A stretch of DNA of 64,000 nt, taken from positions 125,426,001 to 125,490,000 of the forward strand of contig OX597818.1 of assembly GCA_951406725.2 (NCBI GenBank), read 5' to 3'. Each line of letters starts with the position of its first letter. The stretch's first letter is position 1. Source of the DNA: Octopus vulgaris. Its lineage: Eukaryota. The notes below the pieces were generated by a model that saw only the letters and a list, made by a program, of their open reading frames with translations, made no database searches and was not told the origin of the DNA. The position numbers and the translations under genes are program-made. Positions 39,334 to 52,558 of the stretch are shown here, piece after piece.

Positions 39334-39965
39334 CTCTTTTACTCTTTTACTTGTTTCAGTCATTTGACTGTGGCCATGCTGGAGCACCGCCTTTAATCGA
39401 GCAACTCGACCCCGGGACTTATTCTTTTGTAAGCCCAGTACTTATTCTATCGGTGTCTTTTCCGAACCGCTAAGTAACAGGGACATAAACACACCAGCAT
39501 CGGTTGTCAAGCAATGCTAGGGGGACAAATACAGAATACAAACACACACACGCATGTATATATATATACATATATACGACGGGCTTCTTTCAGTTTCCGT
39601 CTACCAAATCCACTCACAAGGCTTTGGTCGGCCCGAGGCTATAGTAGAAGACACTTGCCCAAGGTGCCGACCAAAGCCTTGTGAGTGGATTTGGTAGACG
39701 GAAACTGAAAGAAGCCCGTCGTATATATGTATATATATATATATATGTATATGTCTGTGTGTCTGTGTTTGTCTCCCTAGCATTGCTTGACAACCGATGC
39801 TGGTGTGTTTACGTCCCCGTAACTTAGCGGTTTGGCAAAACAGACTGATAGAATAAGTACTGGGCTTACAAAGAATAAGTCCCGGGGTCGATTTGCTCGA
39901 CTATAAGGGCGGTGCTCCAGCATGGCCGCAGTCAAATGACTGAAACAAGTAAAAGAGTAAAAGAG
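39334..39965. mobile_element. Inverted pair of headless SINE A copies (fold-back)
   Basis: Minus copy 39334-39665 joins a plus copy 39666-39965; both retain their 3' tails. Confidence 0.85.
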
Positions 39966-40559
39966 AGAGAGTAAAGAGAGACCGACTGAGACACGCCACC
40001 TCCTTTCTATGACGTTGTGCAGTCTAGCCGTGACAATTGTTGTTGCTATCGTTGTTGGTAATGTTTCTATCGTTGCTATTTTTTTTTTTACTGTATTTGT
40101 TTTTGCTCTCATTTAAAAAAAAAATTTTGCTGTTATTGTTGCGATTGTCATAATGAAACCAAATGAGAAACTAACTCATCTCTCTCTCTCTCTCTTTCTC
40201 TCTCCCTCTCAACTACAATACTCTGTGAAAATATGAAGTGGACTTTGACCATCAAGAGATTGTGGTCAAGATTTTTTTTGAGTGGTGAAGTGTGGGGAGG
40301 AGGGTGCTGACACATATCTCCTCTTCCTACCACCCACACCACAATCAGTGGCCACTCGGAGTGAAGGAGGGTGAGAGGTTAAGAAAAGCGGAGGAGAACG
40401 AAAGTTTCTGTTGCTATGGAGACGTGTCGCCTTCTATTCTCGCTGTCAATGGCTGGCGGGTTAGAGACGCAACGGGTGCAGGGTGTGGGGTTCCTTGGGT
40501 TTGATTGTCCATTCAGGAAGGAAGTCGAGGAAAAGTGTAAGAGGAAGAGAGAGAGAGAA

Positions 40560-40595
<36 letters not shown>

Positions 40596-40663
40596 TCAGA
40601 GAGAGAAAGAGTGAGAGAGACTGACAGACAGAAGGTTAGAGGTAGAGAGTGATAGAGAAAGAG

Positions 40664-40701
<38 letters not shown>

Positions 40702-40934
40702 AAGACAGGAAGAATACATAGAAAAAGATAGACAAATTCTGGGAGGATAGAGAGACAAAGACACAGTGTAATAACATGTGTCTATGTATATGTGTATATG
40801 TGTATGTGTGCATGTGTGTATATGTGTATGTGTGTATGTGTGTGAGTACGCCAGAAAGAATATTAGTACAAAATGGGAGAGAGAAGCGCATCTATCTATC
40901 TATCTGTCTGTCTGTCTGTTTATCTGTCTGCTTG

Positions 40935-41024
<90 letters not shown>

Positions 41025-41055
41025 CCTCTATCTATCTATCTATCTATCTATCTGT

Positions 41056-41274
41056 CTTTTTTATATTTCTTCTTTTTTTAATTTTTTTTTATTTATTTTA
41101 TTTTATTTTAATTTTTTTTTGTTCTTCCCTTTTACGATCCCTTTTGATCGAAAACCTACGCCACCTTTTTATTTTTGTTCCTTTTGTTTTTTGTTTTTTT
41201 CATCCCCCAAAAGAAAAGCTCTACCTTGTAACTTGTCCCATCTGTGTGCAGCCCTGTGTGGCCAATAAAGAAAC
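41056..41274 (+). mobile_element. Tx1-like 3' UTR fragment inside (TATC)n
   Basis: Same terminus GCAGCCCTGTGTGGCCAATAAAGAAAC|TTATCTATC. Confidence 0.85.
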
Positions 41275-42295
41275 TTATCTATCTATCTGTCTGTCTGTCT
41301 ATCTATCTCTCTATCTATCTATTTATCTCTCTCTCTATCTATCTATCAATCTACACTCCCTCTCTCTGTCGCTCTCTCTCTATCATTTATCAACTTCTTT
41401 TCATCTTCTCTTCTCTTCTCACAAATTTTCTCTTCGTTTCCCTCTTTTATATATCATTTATGTATATGTGTATGCGTGGTTGTATGCTTCTGTATATCTT
41501 TCACGAACAAGAAAAAACCCGTGTTGTAATTATTCCACCCGTTTTACACAGACTTACTATTGTGACTATTGCCAGAGGAAGTTCAATGAACCAGGGATTA
41601 GTAAACCAAAGCAAAAAAGAAAACGAACCCCCCACCCCGGAAAACTTACAACCAATGATGCTATTGTTGCTGGGAGTTGTAGCGTGCTCCTGAAATCCAG
41701 CTACTTGGGGGCTTGTCTGGTTGGCCGGTTGGCCGGTTTGAGAATGGGAGTCCTGGTAGTAGGTCTTGTATGGTGATCAGGCGTCTGCGTTAAGCTCAGC
41801 ATAAATATGGTGCTGGACAGGGAACTCATCAGAATCAGGTTGTCTAAGGAGGGTCGATTCGGCCCAGGACGGAAACGCAGCAGGGAAAAGACCCCCATGT
41901 TGAGCAGTAGTGGGATCGGGCCTGTGAATATTTATCGGCTGGCAGCCTGTTCGATACAACTGACCACCAATCCCCTTTTAGGCATAGCCGTGGGTCTGTT
42001 GTTAGGCACTTGTTTCCCAATCACATGGTTCCGCTTTCAGTCCTTCTGTGTGGCACCATGGACAAATATCTTCTAGTGTAGCCTTGGGCCGCCCAAAAAC
42101 TTGTGAGTGGATTTGGTAGATGGAAACTGAAAGTGAAAGAACCCCGTCTATATATATATTCAATCAGAGGTTAGAATAACCTCATTAAGGGGTAGGTCTA
42201 AATATAAATCTTGGTTTATAAATGTTCAAAAGAATATTTAGAAAATGGTGATGTAGCATTAATATAATTTATTATCTGCAAACATCCAAAATATT

Positions 42296-42377
42296 CCTTT
42301 ACAGCTGTTTCAATTTAGTCTAAAAGATTAAATTACAATAATCAAATCCTTGTATTAGGCAAAATCTCATCAGAGGG
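42296..42377 (-). ncRNA. Type I hammerhead ribozyme within a fold-back (42240-42550)
   Basis: Minus strand CCT-CTGATGA-GATTTTGCCTAA..TTAGACTAAATT-GAAA-CAGCTG-TA^AAGG; an inverted partial copy lies at 42425-42550. Confidence 0.72.
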
Positions 42378-42658
42378 GTAGAAAACACAATACCTAATAA
42401 CCGTTAGGTTATTAGATATTGTGTTTGCCTAATACAATGATTTAATTATCGTAATTTAATCTTTTAGGCTAAATTGAAATAACTGCAAGAGAATATGTTG
42501 GATTTTGCAGATAATAAATTATATTAATGCTACCTCTCCATTTTCTGAATTTGTGTGTGTTTGTGTGTATGTACACACACACACATATATATATATATAC
42601 ATACATATATGTATATATATATATATACATACATACATACACACACACATACACACAC

Positions 42659-42693
<35 letters not shown>

Positions 42694-42911
42694 TGTATGT
42701 ATGTATGTATGTATGTGTAACGTAAAAGTTTCGAAAAACCATTTGTTTATTTGTTTCATAACAAGCATAAACTAGACATCTCTTCAGTTTCACTAAACGA
42801 TAACCGTTCTCTGCAAATAATGTTTTTAAACACAAGAACGCTGGTAATAGTTCAAGAAATATTCCTCCTAAAAAAATATGGCCGGGCGAGTTGTCTTCCA
42901 TCGCTTGATAG

Positions 42912-43245
42912 CTAGGTTTTCCAATTTTGAAGTAAAAATTTCCAAAAATATGTAAAACTCCCCACGGCTTCCGTCCTGGAGTTCAGGTACCCTCCTGGAT
43001 CATGTGATATTATGAGGATTATATATCTTTCTGTCATGCACAATTTGCAGTCTTGTTCGATTGCAATAGGGTTCACATGTTTCGGTGTTACATCGACCGT
43101 CCACTGGGCATTCTTTTCTAATCCTGCATGAACAACCTGCCTCTGTCCGTGGTTTTCGTCTCCACTGTCCTGCTTTTGCTCCCAACTTTGACCCTCCATA
43201 AATCCAAAATTTTATTTTGAGCAACTGTCTTCGAAGACTCATATT
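42912..43245 (-). pseudogene. Internally deleted Penelope-like ORF C-terminus
   Basis: CSCRIRKECPVDGRC zinc knuckle joined to CKLCMTERYII..YLNSRTE, typical of PLE GIY-YIG flanks. Confidence 0.7.
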
Positions 43246-43545
43246 GTCGTTGATTGCTCGAAATGGGTAGTAGATAGACAGCCGACAACTGATGAAGGGT
43301 CGTTCTTCGTACTCCTTGTATTACTTGTCCTGTTTTCTATTTTCTCTCCTTGTTTACGTATTTAACTCATTTGTTTTCGTATTTTATGTTGTTTACTGTT
43401 GGGGACATCTTGTACCTATATATGCATTTCTCACTGGACTGCGTGTTCATTTCTCTTTTTGTCATCTGTGATTTTATTTTTGATCTTCTGCAAAACGGAA
43501 GGTCACGTTGCGGAACAATCATTTTAGCGAGTTGTATTTATTTAC

Positions 43546-43647
43546 CACCCGATGAGATACATCTGCACCACCGGATGCTCCTGAACCAGCTGTTGAGTGT
43601 CTCACTCAAGAGGAATCGATGCTAGATGTGTCGAAACAATTGTCGTG
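43546..43647 (+). ncRNA. Type I hammerhead ribozyme with a long stem II insertion
   Basis: CAC-CCGATGA-GATACATCT..AGATGTGTC-GAAA-CAATTG-TC^GTG, followed by AATAAA. Confidence 0.75.
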
Positions 43648-43755
43648 ATTAATAATAAATTCTCGTATTTTCCATCTTTTGTCTTTCATTTGCTATATAT
43701 ATATATATTTATTATATTATTATTTAATCGAACGCCACGCATCTTTTTAAAAATT

Positions 43756-43797
<42 letters not shown>

Positions 43798-44640
43798 CAT
43801 ATATATATGCACACACATATACGTATCTATCTATCTATCTATCTAACTATCTACGCACACAAATATATGTGTGTGTGTATGTATATAAGACAACAAAAAT
43901 ACGTATAGAGAAAATCATACTATTAATTGTAGAATTCACATTACAAAGTCGACGACTGTTTCTGTTGTATTAACATATTCAGATACAGGAAATATCATTG
44001 AAACTATTATTCCTCAAAATACACATGCTAACGTTTTCAAGACGATCCAAAATTAGTAAAATTCGAAGGGAACTAAGGAAATATTTTCAATACACGAACG
44101 CATACAAAAAGAACGCTTAGAAGAAATATAATCTAAGAAAACTATTTTTGTATTCAACGATTGGTGATGTTAGCGGACAACGATAGAATAAAAAATAAGC
44201 ATAGGAATTCTACGTTATGACAATTCCAAACCGATTTTACGTCACGACAATTAGTAGGGCTGGATTTATAGGGGAGCTGATGGGACAATTGACCCGAGCA
44301 TCTAGATATTTAGGTTCCCCTGCTATGAAGGGCATGTAGCCTATGATGGGCAGTACTAGGTGCCCCCACATCCCACCGATCAGGCATGAAGAGGCTCTCT
44401 TTCAATATTCAAATGTATCTTGACTTCTTAAAAAAATGTAATGGATTCTCTCTTATGATAAATAACCATAGATTTTGCCACCTTAGAGACACCAATGAAT
44501 TCAATTAAAAAAGCAGCCTACAATTCCCACGGAAATTGTAGCTGCTTTTGGGACAATGACTGAGAAAAGGGAAACAACAAAACACATCGAAAATGTATGT
44601 GAGTATGCCTGTGTGTATGTATGTGTGTGTGTGTGTGTGT

Positions 44641-44851
44641 TACTCTTTTACTATTTTACTTGTTTCAGTCATTTGACTGCGGCCATGCTGGAGCACCGCC
44701 TTTAGTCGAGCAAATCGACCCCAGGACTTATTCTCTGCAAGCCCAGTACTTATTCTATCGGTCTCTTTTGCCGAACCGCTAAGTAACGGGGAGGTAAACA
44801 TACCACCATCGGTTGTCAGGCAATGCTAGGGGGACAAACACAGACACACAA

Positions 44852-44934
<83 letters not shown>

Positions 44935-45105
44935 CATATATACGACAGGCTTCTTTCAGTTTCCGTCTACCAAATCCACTCACAAGGCATTGGTCGGCCC
45001 GGGGCTATAGCAGAAGACACCTGCCCAAGATGCCACGCAGTGGGACTGAACCCGGAACCATGTGGTTGGTAAGCAAGCTACTTACCACACAGTCACTCCT
45101 GCGCC
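44641..45105 (-). mobile_element. SINE family A, full length
   Basis: Reverse complement of 544-970. Confidence 0.9.
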
Positions 45106-46087
45106 TATATACATATGTATGAATGTATATAAAGATAAAGAGATTGACAGAAAAATGTTATGGCGTCTAGGCCAAATTCCTCTTTCAACGCATGATTGAG
45201 CTTGACATTGCCTTGACCAACAGCAGTTAACTAAAAATTTCCAGTATTTATGGATCACATATTGAAGAGAACTGAATTATGGGATTTATATTACACACTG
45301 CGGTAATCCATATTACATTATAGATTACCGCAGTGTGGATTACGTTATGGATTGCATTATGGATTACCGCAGATGATTTTTCCCTCAAAATTTTCAGTAC
45401 AAGATTGTACAGACGCATATTTACTACAGTAACTTTTAAACAATATTTTTAAACAACATCATTTTCATATATTTTTAAATAGCATTCGATTAACTACACG
45501 AAAATTTACCCTTTTTATCTCTGGCGAGTTGATGTATTACCTAATAATGATCATCAACTTTAGATGAGTAATATATTCACGAAACGATCGTAAGAATTAA
45601 AAATTTTAAAACGTTTTAAATAATAATACTTTATATATTTATACATCTATCTATTAATACAATATTATTTTGGACTTATATCTTCTGTGATGATTTTTTG
45701 ATGTAATTTTCCTGCACTAATTTATAATATAATATATAATCGCTCTTATTAAATGTCTAAATACTTTAATGTTTTAGACATCCCCCTACCAAGAACACTT
45801 ATTAAAAAAATTCAGTATATTGTATTCTCATTGAATACATTTGATTAACGATATATATATATACGCGTTATATATGTATATGTATATATATGTATATGTA
45901 TATATGTATGTCTATATATATATATGTATATATATGTGTATATATATATATGTATATGTATAATATATATATGTATATTTGTATATATATATATATATAT
46001 ATATATTCCTGAGCCTTATACTAATACTGTTTGTTTTGTACACCACCTGTCTTCGTCTTTTGTTTTTTCGTGAACTCTCCCTATATA

Positions 46088-46585
46088 TATATATAAAACT
46101 CTAGTTGTGTGAGTGTCTGTCCCCTTCGATTTAGATTCCTAACTCCTCCCACATTTTGCGGTGCAGTTTAACCAAATTCGGGTATCTTATAGTCGTGATT
46201 CATATCGAGCCCGTCTGGCTATTAGCGCGCGTCAACGATGAGTCTACGATTTTAAAAATAATTTAACATCATTTTTTATTCCATTTTAATGCATAATTTT
46301 TCGTGTGTCGATGGCGGCGGAGTTGGCGTCCACGCTCACCTGTTTGCTTCTCCCCCTTCCCTCCCTCGTGAAGCTGTGGGGAAGGGAGTGTAAAGAAATC
46401 AACGTCGTAATGCGTTGTCAAGGAGACCAGCGTTCTTTTAGAACAACGACTTCATGGCTCGAAGACACCAAAACAGAAATGGCTAAGAAAGCCCAAATTG
46501 GCATCTATAAGGGAAGTAACTCTCTAAAAATGCTTATATAGTTATTTCCCTTACAAACCCGAGCAACGCCGGGCGATACTGCTAG
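46088..46585 (+). mobile_element. Non-autonomous Helitron
   Basis: 5' TATATAAAA..GTGTCTGTC; 3' hairpin CCCGAGCAACGCCGGG followed by CTAG|T. Confidence 0.7.
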
Positions 46586-46616
<31 letters not shown>

Positions 46617-46619
46617 TTA

Positions 46620-47120
46620 AATAATAAGGGTAAAAATTGATATTAATTAAATTAATACCAATTTAAATCAGTGTCTTAGCATATTGGAAAAAATCTGAAG
46701 ATTCAGAAAATTATATTACATATATATATGAAGAATGGCCACTGGGAGGATTCCTAATATGTTAAAGGTAGACCCCATATGGTCTGACCACTAAGAAAAA
46801 TTGTTCCCAAGAAATTTCGGCAAACGCCGGAACGCAAAGCTAGCAAGACAAATAAAAGGATACAAATATAATGATTAGTCACATACCTAGGTTTCATTGT
46901 TACCATTTACATTACGTAAATGTCTGCAAATCCTCAGTGTGACCGTCATGGAAAATATATAATCGCAGAACTATACACGAGACGTCCTCCCGAGAGAGAA
47001 CATGCATACAGTTCTATCAATTATATTTGGGGGTATATTTCAAATGTCTTCATTTTGGCGCGCCGAAGCCGGAAATGACTCTGCAGAAAATAATTTTCTG
47101 CATACCCCCAAATATAGATT
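46620..47120 (-). mobile_element. HHR-bearing element related to the 507 bp unit
   Basis: Shares TAAGGGT(A/G)AAATTGATATT, CAGTG..TAGCATATT..GAAGATT and TTGGCGCG..GAA with 3931-4437. Confidence 0.65.
46878..46943 (-). ncRNA. Type I hammerhead ribozyme
   Basis: Minus strand GTCACA-CTGAGGA-TTTG..CATTTAC-GTAAT-GTAAATG..CAAT-GAAA-CCTAGG-TA^TGTGAC (6 bp stem I, palindromic stem III). Confidence 0.82.
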
Positions 47121-48478
47121 TGTCTAGTTTGTTGATGTTTCAAAATTGTTATGATCCGACAGAGGAGTCTTCCAGTTGCAATATTGTGAATAATGTTTGC
47201 ATGGTTGCTAAATACTTTATCTAAAACATTTTTGTGGTTTCATGTTGAATCAAGCACGAGTTGGATCAGAAAAGAAAACAAAACATTCATAAATTTGTAA
47301 AGTCTGTCTATTGGTGCTTTGTCCGAAATTATATACTTTGTTTTATGTATTTTAGGAAAATGCCATTATCATAAGTTGAGAAAATATGCCATTGTTCTTA
47401 AATTGGACAACATAATGGTAATTCTGTTCAGTTGTCCCGGTATAACTAATCAACAACCTGGAGTGCTTCTGGTGATTGGGGGTATGAACATCAGGACAGT
47501 AGATCAGTTATCCTGGAAGCTTTGAGCGTGCTAGTCAACGGGAAGATTGGGGTTGTCAGGAGTAAGGAATGCTGTGGAAAGCAGTTTGAACACCGAGGTG
47601 GGAATGTAAGAGGTGAGATTGAAGGATAGTGAGAAGGAAGATGAAATGTACATTATGAAAACATTTGTTTAACGGTTTATATTAATGCTCAAAGGACTTT
47701 TGAAACACCCTGTATTGTTGTAATATAATTGAAGACCATTAAAAAATATTTTTAACACGTGCAAGACACACATTTGCAATTGTCTGGTAATTAAAATACA
47801 TATTTAGAACAATTTTTACTTATGTCAGTGATTTGTCAGTAGCTTGTATTTAAACATTATGGAATTATTCCTATTTCCTTGAAAACCATTCCCTTAAGAT
47901 AAAATCTCATACTCATTGCCATGTTGTTGCTATTGTTTTTTTTTTTTATAATCTTGTGTTTTTTTTTTTGTTATATTAGTCAATACTTCCGGCTGGATAA
48001 GGTTGTAATATTAATAATATCCTCTTCCAAATGAACAATCAGATACGGCTCATGCCATACTTAAGGCTACTTGAATCTTTATCAAATGATAGCTCTTTAA
48101 AGAAAAGATAAGAAATAGTCATACATGAGCTTTTTATTTTTGACGTTTATTAGGATAACATGTTTAATAGGTCTACCAGTATGTCATTACAAGAATTATC
48201 TCTGTTACTTTAACATTAACCCTCATTAAAAAAAACAGTCTTATAGAAATGTTGACATGTATAATAACAATGGCAATAAAATTGGGATTATGCATGTGCT
48301 TAAGAATTATTTCCAAGCCCTACTTTATTTCGTTGTATTAGAAAGAGTGGTGCAGAGTCCTACAACATGCTGGCTTCTAAGTTCACCATTATAGACTTCG
48401 AATTCACGCCGAGTATCTATGGATGAATTGGTTAGGCAAAGCACCCTACCTCTCAAAGGTCTACATGCATCAAATATA

Positions 48479-48710
48479 TATTTCTTTATTGCCCACAAGG
48501 GGCTAAACATAGAGGGGACAAACAAGGACAGACAAACGGATTAAGTCGATTACATCGACTCCAGTGCGTAATTGGTACTTAATTTATCGACCCCGAAAGG
48601 ATGAAAGGTAAAGTCGACCTCGGCGGAATTTGAACCCAGAACGTAACGGCAGACGAAATACGGCTACGTATTTCGCCCGGCGTGCTAACGTTTCTGCCAG
48701 CTCGCCGCCT
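48479..48710 (-). mobile_element. SINE family N with a 14 bp TSD
   Basis: TSD ATGCATCAAATATA at 48465-48478 and 48711-48724. Confidence 0.92.
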
Positions 48711-49499
48711 ATGCATCAAATATAGCTAACGAAACATTCATCATATTTACAATGCTGCCGTTAACTACAGTAGCAACTTCGTCCCATTTACATCTATTAA
48801 CGAAGACACATGATAACAGTAGAAATAAACGAACCATCGAGTCTGTATTTGGTTTTCCATGTACTCTCTCGATTCTATGATTATCGCTTGCTGTTTGAAT
48901 ATAACTTTATTAAAATATGTACCAGGAAGGAATTACAACCGTGTTTCGTGGTCTGCTACCACAACAGCTCCTTTATAGGATCCAGTTACTGGCCAAATTT
49001 TGACGACGACACCCTTTTTTGCTATACAAAAGTTCTTTGCTCTCAGACGAATGAAATTTATATCGTGGGTTAGTCAGTTACATTGTCTGGGTAACAGCCT
49101 ATTGCTCAGAATAGAGGATGGTTAGTGACGTTATATTCCGTTCAATACATTATTGAGAAGCTATTGATTGGTTATTGATATGTTATTAAAATGTTATTGA
49201 TAGATTATTGACAACTTATCGTGAAATTATTGCCCAGTTAGGGCAAGTAATTGTCAAGATATTCCCAAGATATATGCATAATAGTCAAGTTATCGCTAAA
49301 CTGTAGACATAATTGTCAGGCCATTGCGAACTTACAGATATAACGGTTAAATTATTGACATAATTGTCAAGTAATTGATAATATATCGACAGTTTTTTAA
49401 CGAGTTTACTAATTGGTAATTAAAAAGCTATTAATCAGTTATTAACTAATTAAAAAAAATTACTGACAAGATATAAAATTTAAAAGACAGTCTGGTTTC

Positions 49500-50310
49500 A
49501 AATTTTGGCACAAGGCCTGCAATTTAGAGGAGAGGGTAAGTCGATTATGTCGACCTCGGTGCAGCTGGTACTTATTTTATCGGCCCCGAAAGAATAAAAG
49601 GTAAAGTCGACCTCGAGGGAATTTGAACTCGGAACGTAAGGGCGGACGAAACACCTATTTCTTTACTACTCACAAGGGGCTAAACACAGAGAACACAAAC
49701 AAGGACTGACAAACGGATTAAGTCGATTACATCGACCCCCAGTACGTAACTGGTACTTAGTTTATCGACCCCGAAAAATAAAAGAAAGTCGACCTCGGGG
49801 AAAGTCGACCTCTTTACTACTCACAAGGGGCTAAACACAGAGAACACAAAAAGGAGGTGAACTGGAAGAATTGTTACCGTATCGGACAAAAGGTTTAGCG
49901 ACTTTTCTTCCGGCTCTTTACGTTCTGAGTTTCAAACGCGGCTAAGGTCGACGGAATTTGAACTCAGAACGTAACGGCAGATGAAATACCGCTAAGCATT
50001 TCGCCTGGCATCCTAGCGATTCTGTCACCGCTAAAACAGGCTATTATTGAAAAGTTATTGATTGAAGGAGGTGAACTGGAAGAATTGTTACGATTGTAAG
50101 GTCGTGAGTTCGATTCCAGCGACGCGTTGTGTCCTTGAGCAAGACACTTTATTTCATGTTGCTCCAGTCCACTCAGCTGGCAAAAATGAGTTGTACCTGT
50201 ATTTCAAAGGGCCGGCCTTGTCACACTGTGTGTCACGCTGAATCTCCTGAGAACTACGTTAAGAGTACACGTGTCTGTGGAGTGCTCAGCCACTTGCACG
50301 TTAATTTCAC
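49500..50310. mobile_element. Nested and rearranged SINE cluster (family N pieces plus a SINE sharing the body of 53702-54083)
   Basis: Repeated N segments; 50190-50310 matches 53895-54013. Confidence 0.75.
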
Positions 50311-50804
50311 TGGCCTTGCTCCAAAATAAGAAAGGATAATTGATAATTAATAAGTTGTTGTTAAGTTATAGACAGAAATATCAAGTTATTGAAGTTTTAT
50401 TGGTTGCTTTTTATATACAACTGATTGGTTATTTATTGGTTATTGACAAATTACGGACAGATTATTAATTGGTTGTCGATAAGTTGATTGGTTACGGACA
50501 TATTACAAAAGATTTATTGGTAAGTTATTGACCTTTTATGGACAAGTTATGTTATCGATAATCCAATAAGCGGTTAATTTATCTTTTATCCATTACCTGT
50601 TTCACTCACTGGGCTGCGGCCATGCTGGAGCAGCATATTGAAAGTCCTAGTCAAACAAATTGATGCCAGTATTTATTTTATGAAGTCTGATAATTATTGT
50701 ATTGGTTCTTCTATCGAACCGCTTGTTTACAGGGACGTAAAAAAACCAACACCATTTGTCAAGTAGTGTGTATGGTGACAAACATAAGCACACGCACATA
50801 TGAA

Positions 50805-50870
<66 letters not shown>

Positions 50871-51767
50871 CCCGTTCGGGATAAGCTCTATAGACACGGC
50901 TCGAGAAACACGGGGCCGACCTGCCCGAGATGCGGCCAGAGCGACGAAACCGTTCTGCACGCACTCGTGCAGTGTCCAACAATTTCCGACCTGTGGGCTT
51001 ATGTCGAACAACTGCTGTCACGTGTGGGACGAGTCGGTTTATCAGCTGAGTCTATCGTCAATATTGTCACGCCTCCTTCCTTCAAACGGGAAGGAAGAGC
51101 TATTTTCATCATCCTTGTGGCTATGGCGAAAGAATGTATCTGGTGGACGCATCTGAAAGGATTGGAGACAAACACTTTCCTCTCTGGTCAATCTCTCATT
51201 AACTTCTTCAAGTACCACTTGAAAAGGAAAGTGAGAGTAGAGAGGCAAGTTTTGTCTAGCGAATGTTTTAAAAAAAGATGGGTGAATGTAGCAAGGATGG
51301 CACGTATGAATAACGAAGCCACCTTGAGCATAATCCTATGAACTCAGAAATTGAAAACAGAGGGTTACCCACTTGCAAACAAATGTGGTAACATATAACA
51401 ATATTGACCGAGGTTACCGTGGTCTTTTTCGTAGGCTTTTCTTCCCACGGATAAACCTTATCTGCTTCCCCCTTTACACCGTACATCATGACACTGTGAT
51501 TCACGATCCCTATTGATCGTTTTTTTTCCTCTTCCCCTTTTTTCCTCTTTTCTCTTCTTTTTCCTTTTTCTTTTCTTTTGTTTTTTTTCCTTTTTTCTTC
51601 CTTTTTTTTCCTTTTTCCCTTTTACGATCCCTTTTGATCGAAAACCTACGCCACTTTTTTCTGTTTCTTTTTTTTTCGTTTTTTTAATTTTTTCATCCCC
51701 CAAAAGAAAAGCTCTACCTTGTAATTTGTCCCATCTGTGTGCAGCCCTGTGTGGCCAATAAAGAAAC
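50871..51767 (+). mobile_element. 5'-truncated Tx1/L1-clade LINE (ORF2 C-terminus 50871-51341 plus 3' UTR)
   Basis: PVRDKL..CPRCGQSDETVLHALVQCP..LW is a CCHC zinc knuckle; open frame to TGA at 51341; both ends lie in (TATC)n. Confidence 0.85.
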
Positions 51768-51849
<82 letters not shown>

Positions 51850-51858
51850 GTCTATCTG

Positions 51859-52009
<151 letters not shown>

Positions 52010-52134
52010 ACCTACATACATACATACATACATACATACATACATACATACATACATACATACATACATACATACATACATACATACATACACATATACA
52101 CACAGACCCACACACACATATATAACAGGCTTCC

Positions 52135-52558
52135 ACACGAGCTGGCAGAATCGTTAGCACGTTAGCACGCCGGAAGAAATCTTTAGCAGTATTTCGTCTA
52201 CCGTTACGTTCTGAGTTCAAATTCCGCCGAGGTCGACTTTGCCTTTCATCCTTTTCGGGGTCGATAAATTAAGTACCAGTTACGCACTGGGGTCGATATA
52301 ATCGACTTAATCCGTTTGACTGTCTTTGTTTATCCTCTCTGTGTTTAGCCCCTTGTGGGTAGTAAAGAAATAGGTATTTCGTCTGTCTTTATGTTCTGAG
52401 TTCAAATTCCGCCGAGGTCGACTTTGCCTTTCATTCTTTCTGGGTCGATAAATTAAGTACCAGTTACGCACTGGGGTCGATATAATCGACTTAATCCGTT
52501 TGTCTGTCCTTGTTTGTCCTCAATGTGTTTAGCCCCTTGTGGGTAGTAAAGAAATAGG
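52135..52558 (+). mobile_element. Tandem dimer of SINE family N
   Basis: Two N units inserted into a family A remnant; AGGCTTCCACAC on both sides. Confidence 0.85.

Noticed and set aside
40778-41776. 332 aa ORF
   Set aside because: It runs through (TATC)n, a Tx1 3' UTR and low-complexity sequence
41700-41960. GC-richer segment, possibly an exon or RTE fragment
   Set aside because: No diagnostic motif or convincing splice pair could be read
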